A DNA stretch of 64,000 nucleotides from Spirochaetota bacterium (GTDB lineage: Bacteria; Spirochaetota; UBA6919; CBDBPB01): NCBI GenBank assembly GCA_965208615.1, contig CBDBPB010000008.1, forward strand, positions 1 to 64,000. The letters are read 5' to 3'. Positions 31,705 through 41,863 of the stretch are shown here, in pieces; position 1 is the first letter of the stretch; each line of letters begins with the position of its first letter. The translations under genes were made by a program, and so were the position numbers. The notes beneath the pieces were generated by a model. The model was not told the origin of the DNA, made no database searches, and saw only the letters and a program-made list of their open reading frames with translations.

Positions 31705-33699
31705 TTAATAATTCTTTAAGAGTCTGTTTAGCTTAGCAATATCATGGTTTTTTCCTAAAAGAATTAATATATCATTTTTTTGTAATTTACTATCTCCGGT
31801 TATATCGGCTATAATACTAGATTGACGCTTTATAGCTAAAACAGTTATACCATACTCTTTTCTCATGTGGACCTCAGATAAGGACTTATTAACAAAAGAA
31901 GAACCAGCATCAACCCTAAGGGTATTTATGTGAATATTATCAGGTAAATGGAATTCTAGGCGGTTTAGCTGAGTGGCTCCCCTTGATAATGATCTAACCA
32001 TTGCATACTCATCACCTCTTATTTCTGCAATAAGGTGTTCAATCTCATCTTTGGGTACTAAATAATTAGTCATAACCCTTGCAAATATCTCTATTGATGT
32101 CTCATACTCCTGTGGGATAACATCATTAGCACCAAGCTCATATAGGAATAGCACCTCACCTAAAAACCTTGTCCTTGCTATAATATAAAGCTCATCACTA
32201 ATAGACCTTACCGATTTAATAATTCTCTTAGTAGCGGAGTGATCAGAAATAGCAATTACAACTACTCTTGCCCTATCACAACTAACATGATTAAGAATAG
32301 AGGTATAACTGGCATCACCAAAATAAATTGGCTCACCGTTAGATCGTTCCTGTTTAACCGTATCAGAGTTCATCTCTATAATTACATAGGGTATTTTTGC
32401 GACTTTAGCCGCTCTGGATAAATTACGACCGTTAACACCAAAACCTATAATAATAAGATGACCCTCTAAACCAATATATTGGCTATCCTTCGATTCTGAA
32501 TGTCTCCCAAAAAGCAACTTCTTTGGTATAGGTAACTTTAATAAAAACTTTGACATATACGGAGAAAGCTTTATTATAAAAGGTGTTAAGGTCATGGTTA
32601 GTATTGTTATGGATAGTATATAATGATAAATATCGTCATTATGGGAAATTAAATTATACTTTATACCCGTCTCAAAGAGTACAAAAGAGAACTCCCCCAC
32701 CTGGGAGATAGAAAAACCAAGTAATAAAGACGTCCTAAGAGGAAAACCCAATATAATACCAGTAGTACAGGAGATAATACTTTTTAATATAAGTACTGGT
32801 AATGTTAGCAGTATAATGACTAGGGGTTCCCTTAATAAAAAGTTAATGTCCAAAAGCATTCCAATGGATATAAAAAAAAAGCTTGTAAATATACTCTTAA
32901 AAGGGAGTATGTTATTAACAGCTTGATGGCTATATTCAGACTCGGATATAATAAGTCCTGCTAAAAACCCTCCAAGAGCAAATGATAAACCTAATTTATG
33001 ACTTATAAATGCTAAAGCAAAACAAATGACAAACATACTAAGTAAAAAAAGCTCATTACTACGAGTTTTTGTAATTTGATAAAGTATTATAGGTATTATC
33101 CACTTAGTACCAACAATTACAAAAAGAATAATGCCTATAGTTTTTGCAGTAAGCAAAAGTAAAGAGTTAATAATATTATCCCCTGCTCCAGCTAGAAATG
33201 GTATTATAAGCATCATTGGTACAAAAATAATATCCTGGAATATAAGTATTGCAAGAATCATACGTCCATGAGGGCTAGCAATTTCAGCTCTATCTTGAAC
33301 AATCTTTAATACAATAGCCGTACTACTCAAGGATATTAAAAAACCTATAAAAACAGCCTTTTCAATCGATATACCCAATTGTAGAACAACTAAAAAAATA
33401 ATTAGAACGGTAAGTAAAACCTGTATTAATCCACCTAGTAAAACGTACTTTCTTATTTTTAAAAGCTTTTTTAATGAAAACTCTATACCAATAATAAAAA
33501 GTAGTAATACCACACCAACTTCAGCTAAGCCTTCTACTTCTTTAACTGCATCAATCAGGCCTAGGCCGTGGGGTCCTACTATTATCCCGGTAAATAAAAA
33601 GCCTACTACTTCAGGAACTCTAATCCTGTGAAATAAAAATAATACACCTACTGATAAGCCGAATATTAGTATAATATCCTTTAGTAAAGGAGTCTCCAT
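31705..33699 (-). CDS. CPA2 cation:proton antiporter (KefB/KefC-like) with TrkA-N and TrkA-C domains
   Basis: LSSTAIV, ILIFQD, SQVGEFSFV, IIGFGVNG, FGDAS, C-terminal RCK-C (GITVLAIKR). Confidence 0.88.
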   Translation of the reverse strand: METPLLKDIILIFGLSVGVLFLFHRIRVPEVVGFLFTGIIVGPHGLGLIDAVKEVEGLAEVGVVLLLFIIGIEFSLKKLLKIRKYVLLGGLIQVLLTVLIIFLVVLQLGISIEKAVFIGFLISLSSTAIVLKIVQDRAEIASPHGRMILAILIFQDIIFVPMMLIIPFLAGAGDNIINSLLLLTAKTIGIILFVIVGTKWIIPIILYQITKTRSNELFLLSMFVICFALAFISHKLGLSFALGGFLAGLIISESEYSHQAVNNILPFKSIFTSFFFISIGMLLDINFLLREPLVIILLTLPVLILKSIISCTTGIILGFPLRTSLLLGFSISQVGEFSFVLFETGIKYNLISHNDDIYHYILSITILTMTLTPFIIKLSPYMSKFLLKLPIPKKLLFGRHSESKDSQYIGLEGHLIIIGFGVNGRNLSRAAKVAKIPYVIIEMNSDTVKQERSNGEPIYFGDASYTSILNHVSCDRARVVVIAISDHSATKRIIKSVRSISDELYIIARTRFLGEVLFLYELGANDVIPQEYETSIEIFARVMTNYLVPKDEIEHLIAEIRGDEYAMVRSLSRGATQLNRLEFHLPDNIHINTLRVDAGSSFVNKSLSEVHMRKEYGITVLAIKRQSSIIADITGDSKLQKNDILILLGKNHDIAKLNRLLKNY

Positions 33700-33853
33700 A
33701 TTTAATACTCTTTATAAGTCATTCCTAAGCTGTTATTTTATATACATATATTTAAACTTAAGATAATTTTACTTTTCTGTAAAGTACCTATTGTACAATT
33801 AAAAGTCCTAATATACAAGCACACACTCCAACATAGGCAAAAGTAAATATAAT

Positions 33854-33880
33854 AAAAAAAAGAGGAGCCATGCTCCCCTT
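33854..33880 (-). terminator. intrinsic terminator of the beta-helix gene
   Basis: Minus strand AAGGGGAGC-ATG-GCTCCTCTT followed by a T run. Confidence 0.8.
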
Positions 33881-33906
33881 AGTTTTAACGGATTAAATAA
33901 ATATAC

Positions 33907-35220
33907 TTACTGGCCTGACTCAAGGTTTGACTGTACAAGATTATATGTATTATCAACCTTTTTATTTTCATCATTACCCGTTCCATAAGTTGGAGTGCCT
34001 GTTATGTTTGAGTCAGGAACACCAGCTTTACCAACAACATTATAGATAGCACCACCTATTCCTTCTTTTTTACTTTGAATACTACCAGCAATGTTTTTCT
34101 TAAAAACCACAGTATTATCTAAAGAGGGATGGCTATCATGTTCATTAGCCATGGCTCCTCCCTTTTCTGAGGCCGTATTACCAATAAAAGTCACATTTGT
34201 TAACTTGGGACTACTGCCATGATTACGCATAGCCCCCCCTTGTATGCCCGCATTACTAGTAAAAGTTACATTATCTAAAGTGGGATTACTGCTACTCCTA
34301 TTATACATCCCAGATCCGTATGAGGCTTCATTGTTATCAAAAGTCACATTATCTAAAGTGGGATTGCTATTATAAGTATTAGCTATACCTCCTCCTCTTC
34401 CAAATTTGTCAGAAGTGTTTTCCCCTGTGGATATATTACCAGTAAAAGTCACATTTGTTAACTTGCAACTGCTTTTCCAGTTACGCATAGCCCCTCCGTA
34501 TATTCTAGCCGTATTATTAGTAAAAGTTACATTTGTTAGAGTGAGCTTGTCATTTTCCTTATTATACATGCCTCCTCCATATTGAGCCTCATTGTTATCA
34601 AAAGTCACATTATTTAAAGTGGGAGAGCTAATATGATTATACATTGCCCCTCCAGTATCATGAGGAGAAGTACCATTAGCATTACCTTTGGTAATAGTAA
34701 CAGCCTCTAACTTTGAAGTATTATCTAAGGGTTGACTACTAGGATGATAAAAAACGTGGTAGACATTATCACTATTATTGTTTTCTGTTCCAATATCACC
34801 ACTTATAATAGTCTTATAGCTATTAGGATCGTTAGACTCACCAATATTTTCACCGGGAAAGCCTCCAATAACCTCTATACCATTCCTTAATGAAAAATGC
34901 TTATAACGATCACCACTACCACCATTTGGATGACTAGTAGGCTTATATGTCCCTTGGGCTATATATACCTTAATAGGCTTAGGCTTGGCTGAGGCCGCAT
35001 TAATACCATCTTGTAAATTACCATAAGCTTTTTGCCAGTTTGTTCCGTCTCCACCAGTTACCCCTACTTTTACAAAAACTCCGCCTTGTTCAGCTATTTG
35101 AGCATAGCCGTAAGAAGAAGTAAAGGGATTTATTACATCACTAGCTCCACACTTGCCTCTAAACATCGAAAAACTAATTAATAATATTATCAAGATATTA
35201 AAATAGTTTTTTTTAGTCAT
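33907..35220 (-). CDS. exported right-handed beta-helix protein with Pmp-like GG(A/G)M / FxxN repeats (paralogue 1)
   Basis: Signal peptide ending RGKC; repeated PTLxNVTFxxNxAxxGG(A/G)MxN; SD GAGG. Confidence 0.8.
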   Translation of the reverse strand: MTKKNYFNILIILLISFSMFRGKCGASDVINPFTSSYGYAQIAEQGGVFVKVGVTGGDGTNWQKAYGNLQDGINAASAKPKPIKVYIAQGTYKPTSHPNGGSGDRYKHFSLRNGIEVIGGFPGENIGESNDPNSYKTIISGDIGTENNNSDNVYHVFYHPSSQPLDNTSKLEAVTITKGNANGTSPHDTGGAMYNHISSPTLNNVTFDNNEAQYGGGMYNKENDKLTLTNVTFTNNTARIYGGAMRNWKSSCKLTNVTFTGNISTGENTSDKFGRGGGIANTYNSNPTLDNVTFDNNEASYGSGMYNRSSSNPTLDNVTFTSNAGIQGGAMRNHGSSPKLTNVTFIGNTASEKGGAMANEHDSHPSLDNTVVFKKNIAGSIQSKKEGIGGAIYNVVGKAGVPDSNITGTPTYGTGNDENKKVDNTYNLVQSNLESGQ

Positions 35221-35558
35221 AATTTATTTCCTCGTTTTTTTAGCTTATATTTATAAGATAAGTAAAGTTAAACAAGAAACTAGTTTTTATTGGATATTTA
35301 TTAACGATGTTAGTAAAGTTTTACTGTTCTAAACATGCACTCCAAGGTCGACATCCATAAATAGAATAAAAGGACGTTTTATGATAACTTCATAAAATGT
35401 AAAGTTATAACAGCTTTATTATACTAATACTCCATAACTCCGATGCAATTTATATACTAAAACAGCTATAAAAAGTATATGGAACTTTATAACACTCCTA
35501 AAATAACCTAATTTTATAATAGTCCAGCAAGGCAATCTATTGCAATATAGAAAAGTTA

Positions 35559-35587
35559 TTGACTGGTAATACTAAATTTAGTATCAT
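35559..35587 (+). promoter_or_regulatory. sigma70-type promoter for trpB2
   Basis: TTGACT-17 nt-TATCAT. Confidence 0.55.
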
Positions 35588-35617
35588 TTATATGTTTGCA
35601 AATATATGGAGGCACCA

Positions 35618-36970
35618 ATGAAAAAAACTCAAATTGTCTTAGAACCAAAAGATATACCAAAACAATGGTACAATATTATGGCTGATATGCCCAATAAACC
35701 AAAACCACCTTTACATCCAGGTACTAAACAGCCTGCTGGACCAGATGACCTATCTGCAATATTCCCAATGTCCCTAATCTTACAAGAGGTATCAGAAGAA
35801 CGTTGGATAAGTATACCCGATGAAATATTGGATATTTATTCATTATGGAGACCATCACCATTATTTAGAGCATATAGATTGGAAGAGGCTTTAAATACTC
35901 CTGCAAGAATATATTATAAATATGAAGGCGTTAGTCCGGCTGGAAGCCATAAGCCTAATACTGCTATTCCTCAGGCTTACTATAACAAAGAAGCCGGTAT
36001 TAAGCGTATATCTACCGAAACTGGGGCTGGTCAATGGGGATCGGCTTTATCTCTTGCTGGATCATTCTTTGGCATAGAAATTGTAGTGTATATGGTAAGA
36101 GTTAGCTATTCCCAAAAGCCGTACAGAAGAATAGCTATGGAAACTTGGGGTGGCAGTGTCTATCCTAGTCCAAGCAATAAAACTAATGCTGGACGTAAAA
36201 TATTAAAAGACGATCCTAATAACCCGGGTAGCCTTGGTATAGCAATATCAGAGGCTGTGGAAGATGCGGCTACTAGGGATGATACTAACTATTCCCTTGG
36301 ATCTGTTCTAAACCATGTACTGTTACATCAGACAGTTATAGGTTTAGAGGCTAAAAAGCAGATGGAAATAGCAAATGACTATCCTGATATCATAATAGCC
36401 AGTTGTGGAGGGGGAAGTAATCTTGCTGGTCTGTCTTTTCCATTTATACGGGATAAAATAAACGGTAAAGACTTAAGAGTAATAGCCGCTGAACCTAAAT
36501 CTTGTCCCACTCTAACTAAGGGAGCTTTTACTTATGACTTTGGGGATGCAGTGGGCTTAACCCCATTATTGCATATGTATACCCTTGGACATGATTTTAT
36601 ACCCCCTGGTATTCATGCTGGGGGACTTCGTTATCACGCTGACGCACCTTTAATTTGTCAGTTGCATGCTGATGGACTTATTGAGGCAAAAGCTTACAAC
36701 CAAACTAGTGTATTTGAAGCAGGTGTAAAATTTGCTAAGTCAGAGGGTATAATACCTGCACCAGAAAGTGCTCATGCTATTAAGTCCGCCATAGACGAGG
36801 CTAATATTGCAAAAGAAGAAGGTATAGAAAAAACTATATTATTCAATCTTAGCGGACACGGATATTTAGACTTACAAGCCTTTTCGGATTATATTAGTGG
36901 TGAGCTGGTTGATTATGATCTGTCAGACAAAAAAATAAAAGAATCCATTGACAAGCTGTCCAGCTTATAA
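35618..36970 (+). CDS. trpB2: TrpB2 (tryptophan synthase beta-like PLP enzyme)
   Basis: [53 protein letters not shown]; SD GGAGG before ATG 35618. Confidence 0.92.
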   Translation: MKKTQIVLEPKDIPKQWYNIMADMPNKPKPPLHPGTKQPAGPDDLSAIFPMSLILQEVSEERWISIPDEILDIYSLWRPSPLFRAYRLEEALNTPARIYYKYEGVSPAGSHKPNTAIPQAYYNKEAGIKRISTETGAGQWGSALSLAGSFFGIEIVVYMVRVSYSQKPYRRIAMETWGGSVYPSPSNKTNAGRKILKDDPNNPGSLGIAISEAVEDAATRDDTNYSLGSVLNHVLLHQTVIGLEAKKQMEIANDYPDIIIASCGGGSNLAGLSFPFIRDKINGKDLRVIAAEPKSCPTLTKGAFTYDFGDAVGLTPLLHMYTLGHDFIPPGIHAGGLRYHADAPLICQLHADGLIEAKAYNQTSVFEAGVKFAKSEGIIPAPESAHAIKSAIDEANIAKEEGIEKTILFNLSGHGYLDLQAFSDYISGELVDYDLSDKKIKESIDKLSSL

Positions 36971-36973
36971 AGC

Positions 36974-37005
36974 TAATAAGAGATGCCGCAAGGCATTTCT
37001 TATTA
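36974..37005. terminator. bidirectional terminator between convergent trpB2 and clpP
   Basis: TAATAAGAGATGCC-GCAA-GGCATTTCTTATTA, 14-bp stem with a GNRA loop. Confidence 0.8.
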
Positions 37006-37629
37006 TATATTGTTAAGTTCGTCGGTAGATGTTAGAACCTTATCAATAAGAGCTTTTGGTCCGTATTTCAGTGCTTGATTAGCAGTCATCCAGAAATCTC
37101 TATCTATGTCATTTTTTATATCCTCTGGAGACTTTCCAGTTGCTTCTACATAAATATTTATAATACGATTTTTGGTATTGATCATTTCTTTTGCCTGAAT
37201 CTCTATATCAGCGGCACTACCTCTATATACCCCGCTTATTAGAGGTTGATGGATTAACATCATAGCATTTGGAAGAGCATATCTATATCCTGTATTAGCT
37301 CCTAAGGATAGTATTGAGCCCATACTAGCTGCAAAGCCCATTACAACGGTTTTAATTAGAGGTTTAATAAGCTTCATCATATCAAAAATAGCGAATCCTG
37401 AAAATATTTCTCCACCCGGGGAGTTTATAAATATTGTTATTGGTTTATTGGGCTCTTCATTTTCTAATAATAATAATTGATTGGTTACTCTATTGGCTAA
37501 CTTGGAGTCCACTTCACTGGATATAACAATTTTACGAGCTTTTAATAATTTATCTTGCATTGAGGTTTTATCTTTATCTTCTTCTTTATCTTTGCAGTTG
37601 TTAAGTTGATTCATTATTTTCTCCGTCAA
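37003..37629 (-). CDS. clpP: ATP-dependent Clp protease proteolytic subunit
   Basis: INSPGG, AASMGS (Ser), IHQP (His), DRDFWM (Asp). Confidence 0.92.
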   Translation of the reverse strand: MTEKIMNQLNNCKDKEEDKDKTSMQDKLLKARKIVISSEVDSKLANRVTNQLLLLENEEPNKPITIFINSPGGEIFSGFAIFDMMKLIKPLIKTVVMGFAASMGSILSLGANTGYRYALPNAMMLIHQPLISGVYRGSAADIEIQAKEMINTKNRIINIYVEATGKSPEDIKNDIDRDFWMTANQALKYGPKALIDKVLTSTDELNNI

Positions 37630-37647
37630 AATATTGTCCTAAAGTTA

Positions 37648-37676
37648 AAGATAGTAACTTATAATAAAACAGTCAA
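37648..37676 (-). promoter_or_regulatory. sigma70-type promoter for clpP
   Basis: Minus strand TTGACT-17 nt-TATCTT. Confidence 0.5.
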
Positions 37677-38004
37677 GCCACCATCTGCCTATGTTGTTAG
37701 CAAACATAGTTTTTATATATTGATATAAGAGTTTTAATTGTAAAGAAGTTTTAGTAGTTTACTTTTTACGGTTCTTGTTTATTCATAAAGAATTAGGTAT
37801 ATTTTTGAAGTTTTACATATAAAATGAATATATGATATTTAAATAATCCGTCCTACGCTTTTATGAAAAAGCAAATTCCTTAAGACTTAATAAAGGTATA
37901 TAATTCTTAATCTCAATAATAGATTCTTAATAGTTCTCATAAGAATACCTTTTCCACATCAATGTTAAAAAGTTTAACAATATCTAACCTCTTAGACTCA
38001 AAAC

Positions 38005-38033
38005 TTGACAAAAAAAGTAACTTTTATTAATCT
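38005..38033 (+). promoter_or_regulatory. sigma70-type promoter for rnfC
   Basis: TTGACA-17 nt-TAATCT, then SD AAGGA. Confidence 0.55.
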
Positions 38034-38064
38034 TTTTTATTAAAAGATAAATTAAGGAAGACTA

Positions 38065-39423
38065 ATGACTAAAATAAAGCATTTTAAAAAAGGTGGCGTT
38101 CATCCTAATGAAAATAAAGGTCGTAGCTCTTCTAAAGAAATAAAAAATGCTGATTATCCAAAAATTGTAAAAATACCACTGCAACAACATTTAGGCTCCC
38201 CTGCTAAGTGCATTGTAAAAGTGGGCGACATCGTTAATACGGGTGATGTTATTGCTCAGGCTTCCGGTATTATGTCCAGTAATATACACTCCTCCATTGA
38301 CGGTACCGTAAAGGATATTGTTATAGAAAACTCATCCATAGGTATTCCCTGTGAAATGGTGGTAATCGAGTTTAGAGGCGAGTTTCAAGGACTAATTGGT
38401 AAGTATAAACAGAATATTGAATGGAGAACTCTTGATAGAAATACTATATTACAAAAAATAAGAGATGCAGGTATTGTTGGCCTAGGTGGTGCGGCTTTCC
38501 CTACCCATATAAAAATTAATCCCCCAAAAGATAAAACTATTGACTTCTTGATCGCTAATGGCGCTGAATGCGAACCCTTCCTAACTTGTGACCATCGACT
38601 TATGATAGAAAAAGCCGTAGAAATACTCGAGGGACTAAAAATACTCATGACCATGATGGATATTAATAAAGCAATAATAGCTATAGAAAATAATAAAAAA
38701 GATGCTATAAAACTTATGGAGCATATTTGCAATAAGGAAGATAATATTAATGTTGTTCCTCTTAGAGTTAGGTACCCACAAGGTGCAGAAAAACAAATAA
38801 TTGAAGCTATATTTAAAAAAGAAGTACCTTCAGGCGGTCTGCCCATGGATGTGGGCTGTGTAGTCTCTAATGTCGGCACCCTATACTCCGTTTATGAGGC
38901 TGTTGTACACGATAAAGTATTAACAGAGAGAATCGTTACTGTTAGCGGAAATATAGTAAAAAATCCCGGTAACTATAAAACTAAAATTGGTACCCTAATA
39001 AAAGATCTACTAGGAGAGTGCCTGCTATCTGAAACTCCTAAAAAAGTGATTGCTGGCGGACCAATGATGGGATTTAGTCAACTAAATCTAAATGCACCCA
39101 TTACTAAGGGTACTTCCGGTGTGCTAGTTTTTTCAGAAAATGAACTGGATGATACTCCTGAAGGACAGTGTATACGTTGTGCCTCGTGTGTAAGAGCTTG
39201 TCCTATGTATTTAATGCCCAATTCTATGAAAGAACTTTGTAATGCTAATTTATTTGAAGATGTAAAAAAAATTGGCTTATTAGACTGCATCGAATGCGGA
39301 TCATGTAGTTATGTTTGTCCTTCAAAAATACCCCTTGTTCAATATTTTAGATATGCTAAAGTGATGCTTAGAATTCAGAAAAAGTACTCTGGATACAAAA
39401 TACCTGTTATACCCTTAAGCTGA
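38065..39423 (+). CDS. rnfC: Rnf electron transport complex subunit C
   Basis: GGVHP, PLQQHLG, AGIVGLGGAAFPT, NGAECEPFLTCD, YPQGAEK, GGPMMG, two CxxCxxCxxxCP clusters. Confidence 0.93.
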   Translation: MTKIKHFKKGGVHPNENKGRSSSKEIKNADYPKIVKIPLQQHLGSPAKCIVKVGDIVNTGDVIAQASGIMSSNIHSSIDGTVKDIVIENSSIGIPCEMVVIEFRGEFQGLIGKYKQNIEWRTLDRNTILQKIRDAGIVGLGGAAFPTHIKINPPKDKTIDFLIANGAECEPFLTCDHRLMIEKAVEILEGLKILMTMMDINKAIIAIENNKKDAIKLMEHICNKEDNINVVPLRVRYPQGAEKQIIEAIFKKEVPSGGLPMDVGCVVSNVGTLYSVYEAVVHDKVLTERIVTVSGNIVKNPGNYKTKIGTLIKDLLGECLLSETPKKVIAGGPMMGFSQLNLNAPITKGTSGVLVFSENELDDTPEGQCIRCASCVRACPMYLMPNSMKELCNANLFEDVKKIGLLDCIECGSCSYVCPSKIPLVQYFRYAKVMLRIQKKYSGYKIPVIPLS

Positions 39424-39504
39424 TTTTTTTAAATTAATTAATTGTCTTTTTAAAAGGTTTTATTATTTTAAAAACTAGATTATTTTATAATATTAGGAGC
39501 TGAC

Positions 39505-39696
39505 ATGGCAAAAGAAATCTACATAGATAAGGATGAGTGTACAAGTTGTGCCCAATGTGCGGATAACTTGCCAGAAGTTTTTGGAATGGATGATGATGAT
39601 ATTGCTTATGTTATTGACTCTGGAGCAGGTTCTGAAGAAGCTATACAAGAAGAGATTGACCAATGCCCAGGTGAGTGTATTCATTGGAAAGAATAG
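39505..39696 (+). CDS. monocluster ferredoxin
   Basis: CTSCAQC...PEVF...CPGECI, acidic, 63 aa, SD AGGAG. Confidence 0.88.
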   Translation: MAKEIYIDKDECTSCAQCADNLPEVFGMDDDDIAYVIDSGAGSEEAIQEEIDQCPGECIHWKE

Positions 39697-39701
39697 TATA
39701 T

Positions 39702-39733
39702 TATTTACTCGAGGTCTATACCTTGAGTAAGTA
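39702..39733. terminator. hairpin after ferredoxin, between convergent genes
   Basis: TTACTCGAGGT-CTAT-ACCTTGAGTAA. Confidence 0.65.
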
Positions 39734-39836
39734 TACAAATCTAGATTTTTAACTTTCTTCATTAATAACTTTTAAATAAGCTGTCTTAAAAAGCCTTATT
39801 TCTTAGTATCAAACTATACCAGTTAATGTATATCAA

Positions 39837-40157
39837 TTAGACCTTTAGTTTTTTTCCTAACCGTTCTTCGATAGAGGCTATCTTGGATAGCAGTCGAGAG
39901 TTACTATTTTTACGATAGTCCACTTTGATCTGAATAGAAATCCTATCCGAGCTTTCCTGCATTTTACTAAAACACTGATTTACAACATCAAATACCTTAT
40001 CCCATGATCCCTCTATTACAGTACCCATCGGATTAAGACGATAATCCAGTCCACTTTTGTCTATTATATCCAATGACTTTGCCACATACTTACTTAGGCT
40101 TTTACCCTTATCCAAAGGAGACATGCTAAACTCTAATAATATATTATTATCGGACAT
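39837..40157 (-). CDS. MTH1187/UPF0045 thiamine-binding family protein
   Basis: EFSMSP..KG.SLSKYVA...SGLDY.LNPMGTVIEG...IKVDYR. Confidence 0.85.
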   Translation of the reverse strand: MSDNNILLEFSMSPLDKGKSLSKYVAKSLDIIDKSGLDYRLNPMGTVIEGSWDKVFDVVNQCFSKMQESSDRISIQIKVDYRKNSNSRLLSKIASIEERLGKKLKV

Positions 40158-40181
40158 AAGCTCTCCTTATAAGATTTATTT

Positions 40182-40466
40182 TTAATCAAACAGATCATCA
40201 AAAGTTTTTTTACTACTATTATTTTTCTTTTTTTGCTCACTAGCACTTTTAAACTTAAAATATTCGCATACATTGGCTTTTTCTTTATCCAAAAGCCTTT
40301 CTGCTGATGACTCCCTACACTCATTATAGCTATGCTCATCATAAAATCCGCAGTTTAGGCATACATGAAGATCATAATCGCAGTTATCACAAACATCACG
40401 AAAGCTTATTTTTCTGTCCTCTTGCTCCTTATTACAATTATGACATAAATACATAGCTCTACTCAA
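40182..40466 (-). CDS. small Cys-rich (probable zinc-binding) conserved hypothetical protein
   Basis: CxxC...CxxC..DLHVCxNCxFY...ECRE...KANVCEYF...FDDLF. Confidence 0.7.
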   Translation of the reverse strand: MSRAMYLCHNCNKEQEDRKISFRDVCDNCDYDLHVCLNCGFYDEHSYNECRESSAERLLDKEKANVCEYFKFKSASEQKKKNNSSKKTFDDLFD

Positions 40467-40704
40467 TATAAAAGTCTAGCCCTACACTCCCAGGTTCTTT
40501 TTCAAGCATGTTTTTTAGTATTTCGAATAAATTGACTTCTTCTTCAGAAACTGCATTCTCTTGTAATGTTTTTATCGTTTCTAAGTTAATAGAAAAGTCT
40601 TCATCTGTATCGTTTTCACTCAACAGGTGAGCTTTTAAAAAACTATACTGTTCCTTGTTAATTTCGCAAATAGATTCGTTATTACGTATGTTATATATTT
40701 TCAT
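40459..40704 (-). CDS. small acidic hypothetical protein
   Basis: 81 aa packed between dapA and the next gene with 2-nt gap and overlap; EQ..FL..L..E...D.DF.I pattern. Confidence 0.65.
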   Translation of the reverse strand: MKIYNIRNNESICEINKEQYSFLKAHLLSENDTDEDFSINLETIKTLQENAVSEEEVNLFEILKNMLEKEPGSVGLDFYIE

Positions 40705-40706
40705 AA

Positions 40707-41576
40707 TTATAATAAACCAGACTTCTCCATAATACCTCTAAGACGGCTTTTATTATAAGATGTCATCTCACATAATGGGAGTCTCACTTGTGAACTACAT
40801 AAACCCATAAAACTAAGAGCCTGCTTAACTGGAACTGGATTAGTCTCTAAAAACATCCCCTTTATTAGATTTAAATAAGTGTATAAAAAGTTCTTTGCCT
40901 TAGCTAAATTACCATCAAGACAGTTTTGTACAAAAATAGAACTCTCTTTTGGAAGAACGTTTGATATTACAGAAATAACCCCATGACCACCTATACTACA
41001 AATAGGCAGGGTTAAAGCATCATCTCCGGATAAAATAAAGAAATCTTTAGCACTTTCTATAATTCTCATCGCCTGTTCTAAACTACCAGATGCCTCTTTA
41101 ATACCAACTATATTTTTATGTTCAGACAGCTTTATAACAGTATTCACGTCCATATTAACAGCTGTACGAGATTGGATGTTATATAGTATTATAGGAATAT
41201 TAACCTCATCAGCCACGTTAATAAAGTGTTTATAAAGGCCTTCTTGACTAGGCTTATTATAATAAGGTGTTACCATTAAAACTCCATCAGCTTTTACCTC
41301 TTTTGCGTGACGGGTTAAGTTTACTGCTTCTTTTGTACTGTTAGAGCCAGTACCAGCAATTACAGGCACCCTATTTTTAGTGATTTCTACTGTAAAGCGA
41401 ACCACCTCATTATGTTCATCATGAGAAAGAGTAGCAGATTCACCAGTAGTACCACAAACTACTATTCCGTTAACACCGTTATCAATTTGAAAGTTAATAA
41501 GCTTTTCAAAACTATTATAGTCAACCTTTTCATCCTTAAAAGGGGTAACTATTGCAACAAGATTAGATTTAAACAT
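40707..41576 (-). CDS. dapA: 4-hydroxy-tetrahydrodipicolinate synthase
   Basis: AIVTPF, CGTTGESATL, GTGSNST, PYYNKP, LYNIQSRT, GIKEASG, NPVPVK. Confidence 0.95.
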   Translation of the reverse strand: MFKSNLVAIVTPFKDEKVDYNSFEKLINFQIDNGVNGIVVCGTTGESATLSHDEHNEVVRFTVEITKNRVPVIAGTGSNSTKEAVNLTRHAKEVKADGVLMVTPYYNKPSQEGLYKHFINVADEVNIPIILYNIQSRTAVNMDVNTVIKLSEHKNIVGIKEASGSLEQAMRIIESAKDFFILSGDDALTLPICSIGGHGVISVISNVLPKESSIFVQNCLDGNLAKAKNFLYTYLNLIKGMFLETNPVPVKQALSFMGLCSSQVRLPLCEMTSYNKSRLRGIMEKSGLL

Positions 41577-41640
41577 AAGTCTCACTCAAAATAAATTATT
41601 TATTTAAATTAATATAGTCTTATAATAAAGTAGCAAACTA

Positions 41641-41669
41641 AAGTTACATTATTATAACTAATTAGTCAA
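41641..41669 (-). promoter_or_regulatory. sigma70-type promoter for the dapA operon
   Basis: Minus strand TTGACT-17 nt-TAACTT. Confidence 0.45.
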
Positions 41670-41782
41670 GGAAAACTATACCCTTAGAAAAAAAACTGCT
41701 CCGTTAAAATAACTAAGCTATTTACTTATAGTCATTGATCGCCTTAGAATGCTTTTTCTATAAACATTATTAGTAATATTAG

Positions 41783-41811
41783 TTGACTTTATAGTAAAGG
41801 AATATTAGTAT
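41783..41811 (+). promoter_or_regulatory. sigma70-type promoter for the PPIase gene
   Basis: TTGACT-17 nt-TAGTAT. Confidence 0.5.
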
Positions 41812-41863
41812 ATAAACTAATTATAATTAATGTTTTGTATTCTAAAATAGACCATAAAAGAGT

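Noticed and set aside
37963-37980. TGTTAA-aaagt-TTAACAA upstream of rnfC as a Rex operator
   Set aside because: The spacer is 5 nt, whereas Rex sites (TTGT(G/T)AA-N4-TT(C/A)ACAA) need 4; it may still bind another factor.
38385-39762. Overlapping ORFs 38385..38879, 39078..39290, 39493..39762 and 39533..39730
   Set aside because: Shadows of rnfC and ferredoxin, which carry the recognisable motifs.
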